In this document: piece after piece, positions 49,649 through 58,410 of the stretch
Layout of the letters: the number at the start of each line of letters is the position of its first letter
Position numbering within the stretch: the first letter of the stretch is position 1
Virus record (IMG/VR): IMGVR_UViG_3300014204_000114
Coordinates: 1-64,000 of that record
Strand: one strand, 5' to 3'
DNA from: a virus
Lineage: Duplodnaviria; Caudoviricetes
Length of the DNA stretch: 64,000 nt
Notes under the pieces: model-generated
Database searches by the model: none
Told to the model about the DNA's origin: nothing
The model's input: the letters and a program-made list of their open reading frames with translations, nothing else
Program-made: the position numbers and the translations under genes

Positions 49649-49888
49649 ATGGAAAAGTATTACTTTACAGTTGGCCGTAACTACAAAGACCCCGAAAACG
49701 ACATGTACGTAGGGGAATTTGAGAGCTGGGATGCGGCGTTAAAAGGGCTAACAGAGATGTACGCCCCGAACGACCCTCCTATGAATGACGGAACTCTGTA
49801 TGCGTGGCTTCCTGAGCCGCCAGAAGAGATCTATATTCCTTGCAGTGAGGATTGCAACGAATGCCTACACCATGATTGTCGTAGGTAG
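49649..49888 (+). CDS. Small acidic protein with C-terminal Cys cluster (start revised)
   Basis: AAAGGA RBS before MEKYYF; CSEDCNECLHHDC. Confidence 0.65.
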   Translation: MEKYYFTVGRNYKDPENDMYVGEFESWDAALKGLTEMYAPNDPPMNDGTLYAWLPEPPEEIYIPCSEDCNECLHHDCRR

Positions 49889-49902
49889 GCAGTTAATTAA
49901 AG

Positions 49903-49927
49903 AAGAGGGGCCGTCCCCTCTTTTTTT
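49903..49927 (+). terminator. Intrinsic terminator
   Basis: agagggg/cccctct + T-tract. Confidence 0.8.
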
Positions 49928-49947
49928 ATTGAAAGGAGGTGATCATT

Positions 49948-50052
49948 ATGTTCGCCAAACTAAAGGATAGATTAGCGAATATAGCTGCCCGTAAGGCGGC
50001 TATATTAGTTGCTATGATTGCTATCCCTATTCTTCTTAAGATGGAGAAATAG
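49948..50052 (+). CDS. 34-aa single-TM peptide (not in ORF track)
   Basis: AAAGGAGGTGAT RBS; MFAKLKDRLANIAARKAAILVAMIAIPILLKMEK. Confidence 0.65.
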   Translation: MFAKLKDRLANIAARKAAILVAMIAIPILLKMEK

Positions 50053-50059
50053 GGATTTT

Positions 50060-50092
50060 AGAGGGTAGGCCTAAGGGTCTATCCTCTTTTTT
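50060..50092 (+). terminator. Intrinsic terminator
   Basis: agagggtaggcc/ggtctatcctct + T-tract. Confidence 0.85.
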
Positions 50093-50146
50093 ATTTAAAA
50101 ACAAACAGTTACCAATTAAGGCTAACTGTTAACTGCATAGGAGGAA

Positions 50147-50425
50147 ATGATTATGCAGAACTCTAAACAAGTGATGGTGCAGGTAGCAGTAGAAGCATTC
50201 GTTGAGACTTTGAAGGATGCCGCCGCAGTGAAAGCTAAAGGGGACAGCATAGATACACATAAGCCTGTAATGAAAGAGAAGGTCACCGCAGTAGGTGTAG
50301 CCCTGTCCTTTGTAGGAGCACAGGGTACACTACAGGCCTTTATAAAGGACTGCATCAACACCTACATGAAGGCAGTAACGTACGCCCATGAGCGTAAAGA
50401 GCTACTAGAGTACGTTCTTGGATAA
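50147..50425 (+). CDS. Small early protein
   Basis: AGGAGG RBS. Confidence 0.7.
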   Translation: MIMQNSKQVMVQVAVEAFVETLKDAAAVKAKGDSIDTHKPVMKEKVTAVGVALSFVGAQGTLQAFIKDCINTYMKAVTYAHERKELLEYVLG

Positions 50426-50454
50426 ACCTTAATTTGCTTTAAAAGGAGATAGTT

Positions 50455-51354
50455 ATGGAGTTAGTCAAAATCGATCGGGATTACTATAATCCCTCTCAGA
50501 TAGAGGAAATACAATCCTCTGTTTGGGAAGTAGTAGCAGACTGGATAATACCGGTCTTAATAGGATTCTCCCCTGAAGCAGTATTAGCTGTTTACGAGGG
50601 TGAGAAAAAGCACGCCTTAGATCTCAGGACTAAGGTGTGGGAGAAGCTAACAAGTACGTATAAAGAGGTATCAAGGGCTCCTGAGTGCCCTTGGGCTAAT
50701 CTAATCTCTACATTGGACCTTAGAGATGTAAAAGTCTCTGAATTGGGTCTAAGCGTCGTATATGCTGTATATATGGCGCTAGGTAGAGACGGAAACAAGT
50801 TCGCAAACAGATTCCTAGTCCATTCCCTCTCTGGAATTAGGGCTAAGAGAGCTACACCTTCTAAGTCATATACTTGGGAGGAAGTGGAGTTCGCGGATTG
50901 GATTATGTCCGGGGATCGTTACAGGTTAGACAGGTGTATATGTGACGGCGAAAGGACATTCTGGGGTACTAAAATCAAAACCAGCATAGATAGATTTAAA
51001 TATCTATCTGAAGATGATAAGGCAGACCTTATTATCGAATGGTTTGGTACTGATATGCTTCAAGAAATCAAGGAGTTGAACTCTCCTGGAGATCTTGGAG
51101 CTATATCTGATAATGGCGCCTTGGATAATCTAGAACTACTCTCTGATGACTTAGGAGACGAGTTTGGCTATAGGGCTGAACTCTTAAGCGCCGAGATGCA
51201 TCTAGAGAAGTTAAAAGCTGGGATATGCCCGGCGAAATATCAACTAAGTCAAGAGCTTAGCTGGATCAGGAAAGCATTAACGGATATAGGCGACCCTAAA
51301 GAGGGTAGAGACGCCTATAAATCAGCATACTCATATCTTAAGATTAAGGTGTGA
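50455..51354 (+). CDS. Hypothetical 299-aa protein
   Basis: AAGGAG RBS; hairpin after (51365-51390). Confidence 0.75.
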   Translation: MELVKIDRDYYNPSQIEEIQSSVWEVVADWIIPVLIGFSPEAVLAVYEGEKKHALDLRTKVWEKLTSTYKEVSRAPECPWANLISTLDLRDVKVSELGLSVVYAVYMALGRDGNKFANRFLVHSLSGIRAKRATPSKSYTWEEVEFADWIMSGDRYRLDRCICDGERTFWGTKIKTSIDRFKYLSEDDKADLIIEWFGTDMLQEIKELNSPGDLGAISDNGALDNLELLSDDLGDEFGYRAELLSAEMHLEKLKAGICPAKYQLSQELSWIRKALTDIGDPKEGRDAYKSAYSYLKIKV

Positions 51355-51411
51355 GTCAATTTAGTATGGGGGTCGAAAGACCCCCTATAACCTTTTAAAG
51401 GAGATAAGAAA

Positions 51412-51771
51412 ATGGCTATTACTAGAAGAATAAATGAGTTAGAGATCCACGAATGGTTATTCTGGGTGTTCATTGCTATCCGCGTTATGAAAGGGGACAA
51501 GATGAGCGATATCAAAGAGATATCTGAAGCACCCAGCGGGGCAATATTTTACTCCTTAAATGAGCACGAGGAGGAAGGGACGTGCTTTATTGATGCAAGA
51601 GACGTCCATAATTTCATTCGTGGATACCAAGCTGGTTGGGACGAGGAATGGAGAATAAATAGTATTCAGAAAGCGTACGATGAAGGTAAGAAGTATGGCA
51701 AGAAATGCTGGGTGATAGCTAAGAAGGCATACGAGGACGATCTTGAACGCTTAGAGCATGAGATTGGATAA
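51412..51771 (+). CDS. Hypothetical protein
   Basis: AAGGAG RBS. Confidence 0.65.
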   Translation: MAITRRINELEIHEWLFWVFIAIRVMKGDKMSDIKEISEAPSGAIFYSLNEHEEEGTCFIDARDVHNFIRGYQAGWDEEWRINSIQKAYDEGKKYGKKCWVIAKKAYEDDLERLEHEIG

Positions 51772-51802
51772 TTAAATCTATTTAACAATTAAAGGAGATA
51801 CT

Positions 51803-52096
51803 ATGAAAGAAGCTATCAAACACAATATCGAGACCGGACTTGAGATAGTGTGGGAGGCGATAGCCTGCAGGTTGGTTGAAAAATACTATGCTGACTGTCA
51901 GAGAGCATGCGTAGAAGATACGTGGTACTTTGGCGATTCGACAACAGAAGAGATCTTAAAGGCTTTTTCTAGCGATGGAACATGGGTAGGATGTAAGGAC
52001 AACAAACTGTTTATCGGAGATGGGTGTGGCGGATATGCCACCTATTACTATTTCGGCGAGACAGTAGATCTGTTAAAGGAGCGACTTAGCGCTTAA
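51803..52096 (+). CDS. Hypothetical protein
   Basis: AAGGAG RBS; terminator at 52122-52148. Confidence 0.7.
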   Translation: MKEAIKHNIETGLEIVWEAIACRLVEKYYADCQRACVEDTWYFGDSTTEEILKAFSSDGTWVGCKDNKLFIGDGCGGYATYYYFGETVDLLKERLSA

Positions 52097-52189
52097 CGTA
52101 ACTTATTGATTTAACTGCATTAGGGGCTTTTGCCCCTTTTTTCTTTTTATGAGCTTGGGTATATATCCAGGCAGCCACTTATTCATTCA

Positions 52190-52475
52190 TTCGCTCCGCA
52201 ACCCCCGCTCGCCCCCGATGCGGGGTCTCGCTTCCTTAGTCTCGAACTCTCTCTAGTCTTGTTCTACTACTATAAGCGCTGGTTACTTGTTGTTGCGCTC
52301 AATCGCCGCTTGGCTCTTTTGTGGGATGCCCACTCCCCGTTAAATACTTCGCGGAAGGCTCCGCTTCGCATTCGCTCTCGCTTCGCCAATTATACCGCTC
52401 ACTTCGGAACTTCGTTCAGAGGATTACTATAAAATCCTAAACCTCGCTCGCTCAATGTAGCTCGGGCTTCGCCCT
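52190..52475. repeat. Strand-polar CGCT/GCTTCGC-rich non-coding tract
   Basis: About 12 CGCT copies on the plus strand; GCTTCGC at 52363, 52380, 52466. Confidence 0.65.
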
Positions 52476-52614
52476 CGTATTATATTATTTACAACTTGAC
52501 TTCCAAGTTTCAGGTTATATCTATATATATTCAATATTATTAACGTTTTTGTTAGAAAGGAGGTGCTCTGCGGGTATTTCCCTAATACTCGTATACTATT
52601 AATTTAAAAATTAT

Positions 52615-52860
52615 TTAAGTGAATCTATTACAGACAAGGTTCACCCAGGAATATCCTTGCCCATACCATGGTAACTAGGAGCCCGTAGGGAGTAAGCCTG
52701 GGGATGGCTAGACATCTTAAAACTAGCTTGTTTGATAGGACCGACCAAGACAATCCTATCAGAGACCTATGACTTGGGTAGTTTAGGCTTTCTACTAAAT
52801 AAAAGCCACTTGTTAGTTAATAAGGGCTGCGCGGAAATCTTTCCTCCCGTGTAGCCCTAA
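52615..52860 (+). ncRNA. Putative multi-stem structured RNA
   Basis: At least six inverted repeats, several with G-U pairs; no ORF. Confidence 0.45.
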
Positions 52861-52899
52861 ATCTAAAAACTATAAACTAAATCTATATAGGAGACTAAA

Positions 52900-53130
52900 A
52901 TGACAGAACTAAAACTCAATAACATCGACATGAACAAGTTCTACAAAAAACTCCTCTCGTCACCAGACATTAAGGAATACCTGGACGAAAAGACACTCGC
53001 CCTCTGCAAAGAGTTCTTCGAGAATATAGTATTCGAATTCACCGCCACCCTAAAACCAGGAGTTTCACCTGAATTCGAGAAAAAGTTCACAGAAAGCATC
53101 AATCAACTTCTCGAAACCATCAACAACTAA
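52900..53130 (+). CDS. Hypothetical protein
   Basis: AGGAG RBS. Confidence 0.7.
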   Translation: MTELKLNNIDMNKFYKKLLSSPDIKEYLDEKTLALCKEFFENIVFEFTATLKPGVSPEFEKKFTESINQLLETINN

Positions 53131-53186
53131 ATCTAAAAATAAATATGGTGTATATATAAACACCACTTAACTAGGAGGTTAAGACT

Positions 53187-53429
53187 ATGGATTTCAACAC
53201 AACTGGTAGAGTAACATGGTTAATCGTGGCTATAATAGCCTTGGCGTTAATTGTTATCCTTTTCGTAATTAAGCCTGAATGGGCTCAGGCAGTTCGCGAT
53301 TTCGTATTCCGCAACGGGAAAAAAGCTACTGAGGCAGCTAGAGACCGCGCGCAAAAAGCCAAAGCATTCACAAGTGAGACTATCGACATGGCTAAGGAGA
53401 AAATCGACGAGATTAAAGCAAAAGCCTAA
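53187..53429 (+). CDS. Small membrane-anchored protein
   Basis: AGGAGG RBS; TM segment then charged helix. Confidence 0.7.
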   Translation: MDFNTTGRVTWLIVAIIALALIVILFVIKPEWAQAVRDFVFRNGKKATEAARDRAQKAKAFTSETIDMAKEKIDEIKAKA

Positions 53430-53548
53430 TCTCTCCAACAACTTAGGCCTTCCGGGGTTGAGCCTAGACAAATCAACCCCACTAAATTTAAAAATTATAA
53501 ACTGAGCATTTCGCTCAAATATTAACTCTAAGAAAAGGAGACTTAAGA

Positions 53549-53941
53549 ATGGAAAAGACGAACATCACTGGTAATGCTGGAGACATGAGCAAAACGGTTG
53601 TCAGGTACACGAAATCCGGACGCCCCGTCACAAACTTCAGCATAGCGAGTCACAGAGGCAAGGACGAAGAGCAAACCACAACATGGCGTCGCGTAGTATG
53701 CTTCGGAAGACTCGCTGAGGTGGCCGCTAAGGGCATTCAGAAGGGATATTACCTCACGGCTGAGGGACGCTTGCAGACCCGCAAATGGGTCGATAAAGAA
53801 GGCGAAGAGCATACCGAAAAGGAGCTCTTAGCTGACAGCATCACGATTCATAACGACCGCGCGCCTAAGACAGACGAAAAAGCACCGGAAGAAGCCCCCG
53901 AAGCAAAAGCACCAGAAGCCGAAGAGAATCTCGACATCTAA
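53549..53941 (+). CDS. ssb: Single-stranded DNA-binding protein
   Basis: ITGN, RYT-x-SG-x-PV-x-NFSIA, W-x-RVVCFG-x-LAE, KG...EGRLQTRKW; acidic tail. Confidence 0.93.
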   Translation: MEKTNITGNAGDMSKTVVRYTKSGRPVTNFSIASHRGKDEEQTTTWRRVVCFGRLAEVAAKGIQKGYYLTAEGRLQTRKWVDKEGEEHTEKELLADSITIHNDRAPKTDEKAPEEAPEAKAPEAEENLDI

Positions 53942-53949
53942 CATATTAA

Positions 53950-54101
53950 AGTCGGACGCGGATAACCGACTATAAATAAACCGCACGCAATTATATTAAC
54001 CTCCCTAAACGTTTACGAACGTTATATGGGCGTAGCGTAGGTGAATCGCTACGGCATCAGGTTGGTGAAACAATCCGTAAAACCTACATGTTTCCTGATG
54101 C
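53950..54101 (+). ncRNA. Putative pseudoknotted RNA elements downstream of ssb
   Basis: H-type pseudoknot at 53950-53984; two stems with loop-loop complementarity at 54031-54101. Confidence 0.45.
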
Positions 54102-54127
54102 TCACGCACTCATAAATATCTCCCTTC

Positions 54128-54172
54128 GGAATAAGATTAGGACCCCAAAATCCTGGTCTTATTCCATTTTTT
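54128..54172 (+). terminator. Intrinsic terminator
   Basis: ggaataagattagga/tcctggtcttattcc + T6. Confidence 0.8.
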
Positions 54173-54204
54173 ATGAATAATAACACATAACTATAGGAGC
54201 AAAC

Positions 54205-54441
54205 ATGAAAACTATAATACTAATACTTATGACAATGATGTTAATAGGATGCAGAGGCATGATAGTTATAGAAATGGAACCTAACAATTATTCCATCGAA
54301 ATAACCTCCCCAACTGAAACTGGATACGGATTCGGCGTCTATTCTGCAGAAGAAACCACACCAACAGAAGTAACAAAAACTACAGAAAATTCCTCTGACT
54401 GCACACCACCATACTCTAGCCATACATGTACAGAACTATAA
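54205..54441 (+). CDS. Small lipoprotein-like protein
   Basis: MKTIILILMTMMLIGC signal peptide with lipobox-like IGC. Confidence 0.65.
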   Translation: MKTIILILMTMMLIGCRGMIVIEMEPNNYSIEITSPTETGYGFGVYSAEETTPTEVTKTTENSSDCTPPYSSHTCTEL

Positions 54442-54469
54442 CACTATAATGTTTAATGATATCAAATGC

Positions 54470-55135
54470 TTTCCCGAAGGATAGATATTAATGGCCATAG
54501 GGTATTAATATCCTCCGAAGGATAGTATAATAATAGTTACTAGTTATGATAATAACTTAAAGTAGCTATTTCTGAAATACAGTAAAAATGGGTTACTTAC
54601 CCCTTATATACCCTTTAATAAGAAAAATTATACCTTAACCTAGCCGATTTCAGTAAAATCAATAACTTATAAATAAGCAGGATTTATTAATAAAAATCAA
54701 TAATTCTTGACTCATATGAAATAACAGAATCTCGTTTACTAGAGGTTCTGATAATAACATATTAATATAATTAAACTTCCGAAGGATACTAAAAATAGCC
54801 CTCCAAAGGATTAATAAAAGGCTATTCAAAATAAACTAAAAAACGCCCGCAGAATTACTTCCAAATACACATATAGTATATAAGAGTAAGAATAGGTTTA
54901 GAGGAATAATAAGCGGGTAAATAGAACTTAAAGAAATAAATAAAATTAATATATTCAATAATAAGGACTGGGTAAGTATTGGAAATAATTAGGAAAATAT
55001 TTTCCACGACCTAGTTTATTAGCCTTAGTAGGCAAATATAAGTTAGCCTTAGTAGGCAAAATCCTTAGTATTGAAAATCCTTAGTATTAAAGACATTTGT
55101 CTTTAGTATTAAAACAAATCCTCTTATCCTAGTAT
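54470..55135. repeat. AT-rich non-coding region with iteron-like repeats (possible origin)
   Basis: CCGAAGGATA at 54474, 54515, 54779; TTAGCCTTAGTAGGCAAA at 55019, 55043; CCTTAGTA at 55023, 55047, 55063, 55079. Confidence 0.65.
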
Positions 55136-55198
55136 ATGTATATATATAAAGGTTTAGAGGGTTAGATTAGGTAATGCCGCGGATTTAAAATAATTAAC

Positions 55199-55477
55199 AT
55201 GGAGGAATGATATGTTAAGAAAGATAAGTGGCCAAATCATGATTACATACATATTGTTCCTTTTCAAGAGGCAACGCCGAAAAAAGAATATGTAATAAAA
55301 GCAGTTTATAAAGACGATCCTAACGGAACGCCAATATATTTCATAGAAGAAAACAAAACATGGATTATATATAAAGATAACGCGGCAAAATTTAAGTGCC
55401 GCAAAATAGCAGAAGGGATGATTGAAAAGCATCCTAGCTGGAAAGACTATCATAACATTACTGCGGAAGAAGCTTAA
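55199..55477 (+). pseudogene. Probable disrupted gene
   Basis: ATG GAG GAA TGA, then 88 open codons (YVKKDKWPNHDY...KDYHNITAEEA*) ending at the next RBS. Confidence 0.4.
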
Positions 55478-55488
55478 GGAGGAATAAA

Positions 55489-55755
55489 ATGCATCCGGAC
55501 TATTTCTATTACACAATAAAAGAAACAGGAGAAGACGATTTTATTTATCGTTCTGCAGCGTTTGAAGACAGAGAGGTAATGATCGCGGATATAATCCCGC
55601 GGCTTAAAAAAGATTATTCTAACGATTCGTATACTATAACATTTATGGTAGAAACATATCGGGGTAATCTGAGAACTCATCTTCCTCTCTCTACTATTCA
55701 TGCCAATAGCTTCTTAAGTAAAGTCAGAGGACTCGTTTTCAAGTTCGACCATTAA
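55489..55755 (+). CDS. Hypothetical protein
   Basis: AGGAGG RBS. Confidence 0.7.
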   Translation: MHPDYFYYTIKETGEDDFIYRSAAFEDREVMIADIIPRLKKDYSNDSYTITFMVETYRGNLRTHLPLSTIHANSFLSKVRGLVFKFDH

Positions 55756-55814
55756 TAAAACTTAACCTGTTAATTTAAAAATTAATAAATTGAATTTATT
55801 TAAGGAGATAAAAT

Positions 55815-56156
55815 ATGATAGAAATAATGAAAGCTGGATATAAGGTAAAGCCGCCGATTATATATATTGGCAGGCCAAGCCCATATGGGAATCCGTATCC
55901 AATCGTTGCTTCTAAATACTCAGATAAAATCTATACTCTGGAAAAGAGTTTAGAGTTATACGAACTAGATATAAGAAGCGGCAAAATAAATATACAGGAT
56001 TTGTACGAACAGTATAAGGCCAAAGGATATCTAAAGTTAAGCTGCTTCTGCACAAATAAGAAATTACATAATTGGCAGCAGGCTATAGATAAGCCTGTAT
56101 GCCATGGAGAAATAATAGCTTATTGGATATTCAAGATGGAGGAGAGAGACAGATGA
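55815..56156 (+). CDS. DUF4326-like protein
   Basis: YIGRPSPYGNPY...LSCFC...CHGEII. Confidence 0.8.
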   Translation: MIEIMKAGYKVKPPIIYIGRPSPYGNPYPIVASKYSDKIYTLEKSLELYELDIRSGKINIQDLYEQYKAKGYLKLSCFCTNKKLHNWQQAIDKPVCHGEIIAYWIFKMEERDR

Positions 56157-56332
56157 GTCAATACGAAATCGATTATTACTTCCTGTGCAAAGAAGTATAT
56201 ATAAAAAACTGGAAGACAAAGCTTATGGCTTTTCAGACAGCAGGTACGATTGCGTATCTAAATGAATCAGCACGACTAAAGAAATTCGAAAAGAAAGTCT
56301 ATGAAACTGTATGGGAAAGACTCCATATTTAA
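56153..56332 (+). CDS. Small protein (start revised)
   Basis: GGAGGAG RBS, ATGA overlap. Confidence 0.6.
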   Translation: MSQYEIDYYFLCKEVYIKNWKTKLMAFQTAGTIAYLNESARLKKFEKKVYETVWERLHI

Positions 56333-56355
56333 CAAATAAAAAGGAGAATTGGAAA

Positions 56356-56631
56356 ATGAAAAAGATTCTATCAGACATTCTAAAACAAACCGGGGTACCA
56401 ATAGTAATGATACTCGTCACCGTAGCGATGATATTAGTGCTATGCCTCGGACTAGGTTGCGGAATTCGCTATTTAATGAAAAACGCCGATAACAAAGTCG
56501 ACGGTTCAATTAACTGCATCTATATCCCCGAAGGAAAACAGGAATGTACTTTTAATGGTTATCCATTAAATAATGTGCAAGCAATCAAAATCGAAGGCGG
56601 ATACATGATATTCGCAGAGGAGGCCAAGTGA
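56356..56631 (+). CDS. Membrane-anchored protein (start revised)
   Basis: AAGGAG RBS; TM segment. Confidence 0.6.
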   Translation: MKKILSDILKQTGVPIVMILVTVAMILVLCLGLGCGIRYLMKNADNKVDGSINCIYIPEGKQECTFNGYPLNNVQAIKIEGGYMIFAEEAK

Positions 56632-56798
56632 AAAATATAGCGATAGTCATATGGCTCATAGGGTTTCCTCTGATGGTTGACTTCTCATCATACGTACATC
56701 AATATCTATTGAAAAAGCCTGACCCATCAAGCATGGGCAGCGACACAATAATATTTGTAATGTATGTATGGATAGCATACCTGGTATATGAGAAATAA
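56628..56798 (+). CDS. 56-aa two-TM protein (not in ORF track)
   Basis: GAGGAGG RBS, GTGA overlap; MKNIAIVIWLIGFP...YVWIAYLVYEK. Confidence 0.6.
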   Translation: MKNIAIVIWLIGFPLMVDFSSYVHQYLLKKPDPSSMGSDTIIFVMYVWIAYLVYEK

Positions 56799-56860
56799 AT
56801 AAACAAATAAATAAAATTTGCTTAAACAATAACCTGGAATAAAATGAAAGGGAATTAATC

Positions 56861-57055
56861 ATGGAAAAGACTTACAAAATCTTCAGCAGAATCAATACTA
56901 AAACTCAGGAAACAATTCAATACAAGTGCCGTTTTGATAACGGTAAATTAGCTAGCGTTGTAAACCTGGCGACTGGACTTGTGATACCTGAGGGTACTCG
57001 AACATTTAAAAAGATTCATAACGGACATAAACAGTTCGTTATTTCTGAATCTTAA
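56861..57055 (+). CDS. Hypothetical protein
   Basis: AAGGGA RBS. Confidence 0.65.
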   Translation: MEKTYKIFSRINTKTQETIQYKCRFDNGKLASVVNLATGLVIPEGTRTFKKIHNGHKQFVISES

Positions 57056-57091
57056 AAATCAATAAATAAATAATATTTAATGGAGGTGCTA

Positions 57092-57688
57092 ATGAAGGAA
57101 TACATATGTCATTCCGGAGGGGCCCAAGGCGCTGATTCATATTTCGCGTACATGTGCGCGGAATTAAAAACAGCAAGATGTATAGCTCATACATTTAAAG
57201 GACATCGAGTTAATGAAATTAACGGATGGACTGTGGATGAGCTGTATAATCCGGAGGATATCATCGTCCACTCTCAAGAAGAATTAGCTATCGCAGACTC
57301 ATATCTAAAGATAGCTAACAAACACATCAACAGACAGTTTCCAACTAAGAGCGAGTTTGTAAATAATTTGCTCAGAAGAAACTACTATCAAGTCAAAGAC
57401 ACCCAAGGGATCTTTGCTATATCATCGTTCGATGAGAAGGGCAAAGTTAAAGGCGGCACAGCATGGGCAGTCTATATGGCTATAGACATGGGTAAACTTG
57501 TCTATGTTTTCGATCAAGTACAAAATCAATGGTTCATTGTTTGTTACGAGAAAAAGAAATGGATCAAAACAGAGGCTCCAATATTAACAGAAGTATTTAC
57601 GGGTATAGGTACCCGGGAAATAAATGAGAAAGGTCGAATGGCTGTAGACAGACTATTCGAAACCATATTCGAATCTACCGACATATAA
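57092..57688 (+). CDS. SLOG-superfamily protein
   Basis: HSGGAQGAD, LRRNYYQV, GGTAWAV, GIGTR. Confidence 0.75.
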   Translation: MKEYICHSGGAQGADSYFAYMCAELKTARCIAHTFKGHRVNEINGWTVDELYNPEDIIVHSQEELAIADSYLKIANKHINRQFPTKSEFVNNLLRRNYYQVKDTQGIFAISSFDEKGKVKGGTAWAVYMAIDMGKLVYVFDQVQNQWFIVCYEKKKWIKTEAPILTEVFTGIGTREINEKGRMAVDRLFETIFESTDI

Positions 57689-57710
57689 ACATGTAACTAA
57701 GGAGAAATAT

Positions 57711-58409
57711 ATGATAGGAATAACCGAAGGTTATGACCCTGGATATGACCCCAAACCACTTAAAGACTGGCTGCCAAAGCCAGCCATAATAATCACAAAG
57801 AGATTGGACCTACTCCTAAAGAACTTCGATTTCACTAACGAGAATGTTATCATTCACGCTACAATAACAGGCATGGGCGGTTCTAAAATAGAACCAAATG
57901 TCCCTAAGCCTGAAGTAGAAATCGAGGCATTAAGAGAACTTAATAAGTCTATCTCTCAGAATAGAATCGTACTTAGAGTAGACCCAATCATACCTGAAGA
58001 ACCATACTTCTCAAAAGCATTGGAAGTCATAAGGAATTCCGAAGGATTATACTCCAGACTAAGAATCTCATTCCTTGATATGTATCCACATGTCAAGGAG
58101 AGATTCAACAAAGCCGGAGTTAAAATTCCTTACGAAACATTCCATGCTCCACTTATCGCAAGACAAGGGGTTGTGAAGTATATCAAACAGGTAAAAGAAA
58201 TAGAGCCTGAGATATGCGGCGAGCCAGACTTTACTTGTAAAGGATGCGTGTCGGAAGACGACCTTAAGACTTTAGGTTTAACAACCGAGGTGACTCGTAA
58301 GGGAGCCCAAAGATATTCATGCGCATGCCTTGCGATAAAGCATGAAATCTATTCAGGCTATAAAAGACAATGTCCTTCGAAATGCTTATTCTGTTATTGG
58401 AGGAAATAA
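57711..58409 (+). CDS. DUF1848-like (radical SAM/SP-lyase-related) protein
   Basis: IITK, IEPNVP, VLRVDPII, ISFLDMY; C-terminal CAC...CPSKCLFCY (CxxxCxxC). Confidence 0.75.
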   Translation: MIGITEGYDPGYDPKPLKDWLPKPAIIITKRLDLLLKNFDFTNENVIIHATITGMGGSKIEPNVPKPEVEIEALRELNKSISQNRIVLRVDPIIPEEPYFSKALEVIRNSEGLYSRLRISFLDMYPHVKERFNKAGVKIPYETFHAPLIARQGVVKYIKQVKEIEPEICGEPDFTCKGCVSEDDLKTLGLTTEVTRKGAQRYSCACLAIKHEIYSGYKRQCPSKCLFCYWRK

Positions 58410-58410
58410 A

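Noticed and set aside
52130-52432. 100-aa ORF
   Set aside because: Starts inside a terminator hairpin, has no RBS, and its composition is explained by the CGCT repeats
53950-53984. preQ1-I riboswitch
   Set aside because: Architecture is similar but ligand-binding loop nucleotides are missing and no queuosine gene is downstream
55019-55110. Possible CRISPR array
   Set aside because: Repeats are 8-18 bp with spacers of only a few bp; no cas1/cas2; the Cas4-like domain lacks the Fe-S cysteines and lies 20 kb away
55199-55210. In-frame TGA as evidence of stop-codon reassignment, linked to the TGA-anticodon tRNA
   Set aside because: Many genes end at TGA or TAG with coupled overlaps, and anticodon UGA reads UCA, not the UGA stop
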